Source of the DNA: an uncultured delta proteobacterium
GTDB lineage: Bacteria; Desulfobacterota; Desulfuromonadia; Geobacterales; DSM-12255
Direction: 5' to 3'
DNA: 64,000 nucleotides
NCBI GenBank assembly: GCA_963787125.1
Contig: CAWBBV010000020.1
Coordinates: forward strand, 10,393-74,392
Part shown: one piece after another, positions 59,389-64,000 of the stretch
How the letters are laid out: each line of letters opens with the position of its first letter
Numbering within the stretch: the first letter of the stretch is position 1
The notes under the pieces: generated by a model
Seen by the model: only the letters and a program-made list of their open reading frames with translations
Database searches by the model: none
Told to the model about the DNA's origin: nothing
Program-made: the position numbers and the translations under genes

Positions 59389-62300
59389 TAAATTGCCGTC
59401 CGGCCACTGCGTCGGCGGAGTTACATTGTTGTATATCGGATTGAATCTACCGACGTGGCAGGCAGTCGTCGCCTCAAAACTATTGGAAAAGGTGTTTGCG
59501 TAGTTCATGCTGCTGATCGGATAGCCGCGATGCTCACCACCCCGACCATGGGCATTCCCATACTGCTTGTCCGCTGCCCACGGCTGACCTCCGGAGGTGA
59601 TGCCGCCGCGATGCTTGTAGTCGAGGCAGTTGGTCTGCATCAGCCGCGGCAGACCAGAGTTGTGGGGTTGGTGACACTTGGAACAGGTAAAGGAGTGTTC
59701 CGTGTTGGCACCCCACCCTTTTACCGACTCGTGAATACGGTCGACTGTCTTGAAACCGGCAGCGCCGTCATTTTTGTTCACGCCATCAGTTAAATTGGTT
59801 TTGTTGTGGCAGTTTACGCAGAGCCCGGCAAATTGATCACTGCTTTCACTGATTCGTGAGCCGGCAAAAGTAGTTCTGTCAATGTTCACCCTGTTTGTCG
59901 GTTCTGCAGGAGAAGGATGATTTGAGCCCCAGTTGTAGGTAACGAACTTGCCCCAGGAACGCGGCTTGCCGTTGTACTCTCCGCTGCCTGTATAGACTCC
60001 GCTCACCCTGTCACCTGTCGGGACCGGCGGAGGGGAATCCTCTTTGTACGGCGAGGTCAACCAGCTCCCCTTCAAAAGCGGCACTGCATACTGCTGATTG
60101 TCACCGAGCGTCCCGGAAATTCCATGTGGGTCGTGGCAGGGTGTGCAGAGGCCATTTACCTGTGAAGAGTAAGGCACTATCTGGTAGCTGTCACCGGCTG
60201 CAACAGCCGCAGTAAATGGATCAACCAGGGTAACTGTGCCGGCTGTATTTGAGGCTATCATTCTCAGCTGACCGGAGTTTACTCCGCCGGTCATTATGAC
60301 ATAGAGATTCTTCCATTTATCGGTTACCCAGCTTTTGCTGTTGTCGGTAAGCGTGCTACTGCTGCTGCCGCTCACATTGCCGCTATCCTTGGCCAGATGA
60401 GGGAGTGAGCCGGCAGGCTCAGAGGCTTTCAGATGACCGCCGACTATGGTTTTCATGATGTCCCGCTCAACATAACGGGCATTAGAACCCTTTATGCCTT
60501 GCCCGAAACGACTCGTATCCTTGTAACCGGTAATAGGTGCATTTGCTCCAAAAGTGGCGTTATATCCCCATGGAGTCTTTCCGTTTGGCGTATCAATGCC
60601 AACGGTAGCCGAGTTATGACAGTCAAAGCATTGACCGGCACCAGCGCCGAAAGGGTTTACCCCCGCAGTGTTGGCCGAGGCCTTGTAATCAAAGGTGTAA
60701 CCACCGATATTCTGCTTTGTTTCCTTAAGATTGCCGCCGTTATTAGTCCCGTTGAAGGTAGTGTAGCTGGTTGTTGTCCCGACGACCTTGGAGCCGTGGG
60801 AGTTGTGGCAGTCAAAGCACTGGACATTCTGTGTCCCGACTGCGCCCCTTGTTACCGGAATCGTGTCATCATAGCCGGTTGTGCTGCTCCAGCCACCTTG
60901 ATTGGCAACTGCGTTGCCATGGGCAGAAAAAGCTTTTGAAATAGTGTCTTTTTTATTGGCGCTTGCAAATGCAGCTGAATTGTATTTACCCCAGGCTGTT
61001 GTCCCCAACTGTTGATAGCGCGAACCGACACTCTGGTAGTCCCAGGCATATTGACGCGGTGTTCTCGAGTCGCCGAAAGGCTCTGTGTTGTTATTCTGAT
61101 CACTATGGCAGGAGATACAAAGCTTGGTTATCTTTGCAATCTCCTGGCGCTCATTGGCGGTCCCGATATTAGCGGCAAGGAACCTGGTAGCAGTTGCCCG
61201 TCCGGAGGCAGTAGAAAATTCCCGGTATACCGAAGGCCGTTGCCCGGCGCCCCAGACAACCAGGTCAACAAGCTCATTTTTTACCGAGGTATAGGTCTTA
61301 TAATTATAACCGGCATGATACTGAATATTGATGAGTCCTTCCGAAGTTGCTTCCCAGTGACAGGCATAGCAGTGTTTGTTAGTTACATCCACTCCCTGAA
61401 CATGATGTGAATTGGACTTCATCTGCCCTAACACATCCATTCGTTTGCCTATTGTGCCGGAGTGACATTTGGTGCAGTCACGGGGCAGACCGAAAGCGGT
61501 ATGCTTTGGTATCGGTTTGTTGTTTGCGTGGCAGCTGTTACAGGCCTGCTGACTGGCATGACTGTCTGTAAAACGGTGCTCATGACAGGTGGTACAGACA
61601 CGTGATGAGTTATGGCCATCGCCTGAAATACTCGTATAGTGCTTGTTGCCGGGCTCGTGGCAGACGTTGCAGATACCGTCAAACGGCGCAGTTTTACGAG
61701 CGTAGCTGGTGCCTGAAACCTTATCCGTAAAAGTTACATCTGCCCGGGTTTTGGGGACACCGAATTTCCCGTCTGTGGTTGTGGCAACCTTCTTCTGTAT
61801 CATATAGATATTGCTGTCACCATGGGGGTCGTGGCAGTCCCAGCAAAACTTGCCCCCTTTCCAAGTGCCCATGACCTTGCCGTTGCCATCTTTTGTCCAG
61901 CCGCCGGATGTTGTAAAAGCGCGATAATGTTTGTAGCCGAAGTGAGCTGAGGTAGCTCTCGCCTTTTTCGGTTTGATGAAGCCGGTGCCAGGATTAAAGC
62001 CGAGGGAGTATTTAAGCGGATTGTCAGGAGGGGCGGTATGGCACTCGGTGCACTGCCCGCCGCTATCGTCATCGTGACACTGGAGGCAAACCCCCATCAT
62101 CATGTACTGGTTCTTCACATCAGCTTTTTGCTCAACTGTCCAGACTCCCGAATTGGTGTTATGCCCCTTGTGGGCTCCGCTCGGAAAAGCGCCACTGTCC
62201 GAATCATGACAGCTCCCGGCAGTCAGACAACCGCTGGTATATGTGTGAGTTGGATATCTGGTCTCGCTGGCTCCGCCCGTCAGCTTGAAGATTACCCCCC

Positions 62301-64000
62301 CTGCTGTTGCCTGAGGTGCGAGAGATTCTGTCTGGGCAACGTGACAACCTAAACATTCAACAGCGGTTCTTTCCATATGGCAGTAGACACACTCCTTCTC
62401 GAAGCGCCTCTCGTATTGGTGATGCATCTGGAGTCGATAAGGGTTGTTGGCATTTTTATGCAGCACACTGTTGTCGTGGCAGTACCAGCAGGGATTACCT
62501 GGAAAGTTGGCAGCTGGATTACCAGACACCGGATAGCGACCTGCAGTGGAGAATCTGCCATGACCGGTTGTCTCCCACTCCAGCTGATTAATCTGTGCCC
62601 GAATGCCGTTAAAGGAGGCAAAATCGTCTACATCAGGCCCGGTTGTCCGGTGACAGCCGAGGCAGGTGACAGCGCTGTTAACCGACCCACCCCAGACCGG
62701 ATCAGAACCAGCGGTATGGCAACCGGTACCGGAACATGTCTTTGTTGTACTGTTATAGCTTGCGCCAGGGATGTTAAAGGCAACATCTTTTCTTTTATTA
62801 ACATGATTGGCGCCGTTCAAATGCGACACCTCATTCATGCTTCCCGGAGGAATACCTCCAGAGTGACAGCTAGTGCAACTGCCGTTGCTTATTGTCTCGG
62901 CATGACAGATATCGCAGGTAAAATTTGTCTGAATATGGCGGGGGTGCGAGTTTGCTCTGGGAGTGCCGGCACCCTGATTAGGGAACATCGGCATAGCGCT
63001 CATCCATTCATTGCCGGCAGGCCAGCCACTTTTAGCTGTCCAGACTTTACCGGTAACAAGATCAACCCTGCCGTCATGACAATTCAAATTAGAACAGCTA
63101 CCAGGCGGATGGCCGTGACAGGTGTTGCAACTGGTTTTCGGCTCGTTCCAGGCAAAAGGACGGACTGCTTCAGGATCGGTAGTGCCGTCACTGTGGCAGT
63201 AAACATTGTTGCAGACTTTTCCCACAGGGTCATATGAGGCTGCCGGACGATTATTAATATTCCAGTCAGGGTGAATCACAATGTTTTTCTCGCCATTTAC
63301 ATGCTTTGTCTTGTCTAGAATGGCTCCTGCTGCATCTGTGGTTGCATAATGACAGTAGTTACATGGGTACTTCCTGATCCACTGGGGTCCAACCAGGCGG
63401 TGATGTCCGTCAGAGGACATGGTCAGGTCTGGAGTGCAGACACCTTTGTCGCTATCCCAGGAACCAAACCCGGTACAATTTTCAGAAGTACTGTCTGTTG
63501 TTCTGCCGCTATGACAGGTAAAACAGGTAGTTGTCTTGCCGTCAGACCATGAAAGAGCGATATTGGGCGCGCCGCCGCGACCATTACTATGACAATAAAT
63601 CCCTGAACAGTTGCCGTTACGTCCGGGGGAAGCAGAGCTGAGATAGTCAGGATAGTTTGCACTACCACCTTCATAGCTGCCGCCGGCATTAGGCGGTGCG
63701 CTAAAGCGGATATCAAGCCCTCTTTTACCGGCTGAAGTGGCATGAGCAAAGACGTTGTTTTCAGCCGTATGATCTGAATGACATTTTTTGCAACTGACGG
63801 TGGTGTCGCCGAAGTAAAGCGAATGTTTTTTGCCGTGGCTACCGTCTGTTGGCGGTGAAACGTGGCAAGTATTACAATTTGTCAGATTGGCATCGCTGCC
63901 CCAAACAGGAGTGAGGGTCTCAAAGTGGCAAGTTACATTTGTGCAGCTTCCGGTCACTGGCAGCGCTGTCTGCGGCCAGGCAGTTGTTCTGTTGTTACTC
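59365..64000 (-). CDS. Giant multiheme cytochrome c, copy B (5' end outside the window)
   Basis: 25 CxxCH plus 6 extended motifs in view. The frame stays open to the window edge (..SNNRTTAWPQTALPVTGSCTNVTCH, aligning with copy A RNSTSAWPQTATPLLGGCTNVNCH), so GTG 63957 is not the start. Confidence 0.92.
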   Translation of the reverse strand, partial: SNNRTTAWPQTALPVTGSCTNVTCHFETLTPVWGSDANLTNCNTCHVSPPTDGSHGKKHSLYFGDTTVSCKKCHSDHTAENNVFAHATSAGKRGLDIRFSAPPNAGGSYEGGSANYPDYLSSASPGRNGNCSGIYCHSNGRGGAPNIALSWSDGKTTTCFTCHSGRTTDSTSENCTGFGSWDSDKGVCTPDLTMSSDGHHRLVGPQWIRKYPCNYCHYATTDAAGAILDKTKHVNGEKNIVIHPDWNINNRPAASYDPVGKVCNNVYCHSDGTTDPEAVRPFAWNEPKTSCNTCHGHPPGSCSNLNCHDGRVDLVTGKVWTAKSGWPAGNEWMSAMPMFPNQGAGTPRANSHPRHIQTNFTCDICHAETISNGSCTSCHSGGIPPGSMNEVSHLNGANHVNKRKDVAFNIPGASYNSTTKTCSGTGCHTAGSDPVWGGSVNSAVTCLGCHRTTGPDVDDFASFNGIRAQINQLEWETTGHGRFSTAGRYPVSGNPAANFPGNPCWYCHDNSVLHKNANNPYRLQMHHQYERRFEKECVYCHMERTAVECLGCHVAQTESLAPQATAGGVIFKLTGGASETRYPTHTYTSGCLTAGSCHDSDSGAFPSGAHKGHNTNSGVWTVEQKADVKNQYMMMGVCLQCHDDDSGGQCTECHTAPPDNPLKYSLGFNPGTGFIKPKKARATSAHFGYKHYRAFTTSGGWTKDGNGKVMGTWKGGKFCWDCHDPHGDSNIYMIQKKVATTTDGKFGVPKTRADVTFTDKVSGTSYARKTAPFDGICNVCHEPGNKHYTSISGDGHNSSRVCTTCHEHRFTDSHASQQACNSCHANNKPIPKHTAFGLPRDCTKCHSGTIGKRMDVLGQMKSNSHHVQGVDVTNKHCYACHWEATSEGLINIQYHAGYNYKTYTSVKNELVDLVVWGAGQRPSVYREFSTASGRATATRFLAANIGTANERQEIAKITKLCISCHSDQNNNTEPFGDSRTPRQYAWDYQSVGSRYQQLGTTAWGKYNSAAFASANKKDTISKAFSAHGNAVANQGGWSSTTGYDDTIPVTRGAVGTQNVQCFDCHNSHGSKVVGTTTSYTTFNGTNNGGNLKETKQNIGGYTFDYKASANTAGVNPFGAGAGQCFDCHNSATVGIDTPNGKTPWGYNATFGANAPITGYKDTSRFGQGIKGSNARYVERDIMKTIVGGHLKASEPAGSLPHLAKDSGNVSGSSSSTLTDNSKSWVTDKWKNLYVIMTGGVNSGQLRMIASNTAGTVTLVDPFTAAVAAGDSYQIVPYSSQVNGLCTPCHDPHGISGTLGDNQQYAVPLLKGSWLTSPYKEDSPPPVPTGDRVSGVYTGSGEYNGKPRSWGKFVTYNWGSNHPSPAEPTNRVNIDRTTFAGSRISESSDQFAGLCVNCHNKTNLTDGVNKNDGAAGFKTVDRIHESVKGWGANTEHSFTCSKCHQPHNSGLPRLMQTNCLDYKHRGGITSGGQPWAADKQYGNAHGRGGEHRGYPISSMNYANTFSNSFEATTACHVGRFNPIYNNVTPPTQWPDGNLWNNVTPW

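Overview
Chromosomal window from a Geobacter-like deltaproteobacterium (Desulfuromonadia; inferred from gene content). Left 15 kb: an OmpB/MofA-type giant secreted multicopper oxidase with an apparent copper-maturation and regulation neighbourhood (SCO, mono-heme cytochrome/periplasmic binding protein, ABC system, Cys/His membrane protein, PAS kinase, sigma-54 activator, FKBP). It is followed on the same strand by a 46-aa ORF that reads as a paeninodin-type lasso-peptide precursor; its maturases are not in the window. A 95-codon gene apparently starting at ATT, missed by the ORF track, heads the ABC operon. Middle (15-36.7 kb): housekeeping genes (metY, malQ, recG with an AbrB-like N-terminus, pta, ackA, LysM-NlpC/P60, CdaA-CdaR fusion, menG/ubiE, hcp with an FNR/HcpR-type box, class I fumarase, OFA-type MFS). 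Right (36.8-64 kb): two direct-repeat copies of a two-gene module, a ~33-heme cytochrome c plus a giant double-beta-propeller/FN3 surface protein, bracketing rplM-rpsI-argC. The copies share a near-identical ~3.1 kb block, and one carries a ~885-aa nested insertion with eight copies of a Trp-rich domain also found once in each cytochrome. No tRNA, rRNA, CRISPR, transposase or integrase was seen. Calls are by-eye motif recognition without database searches.
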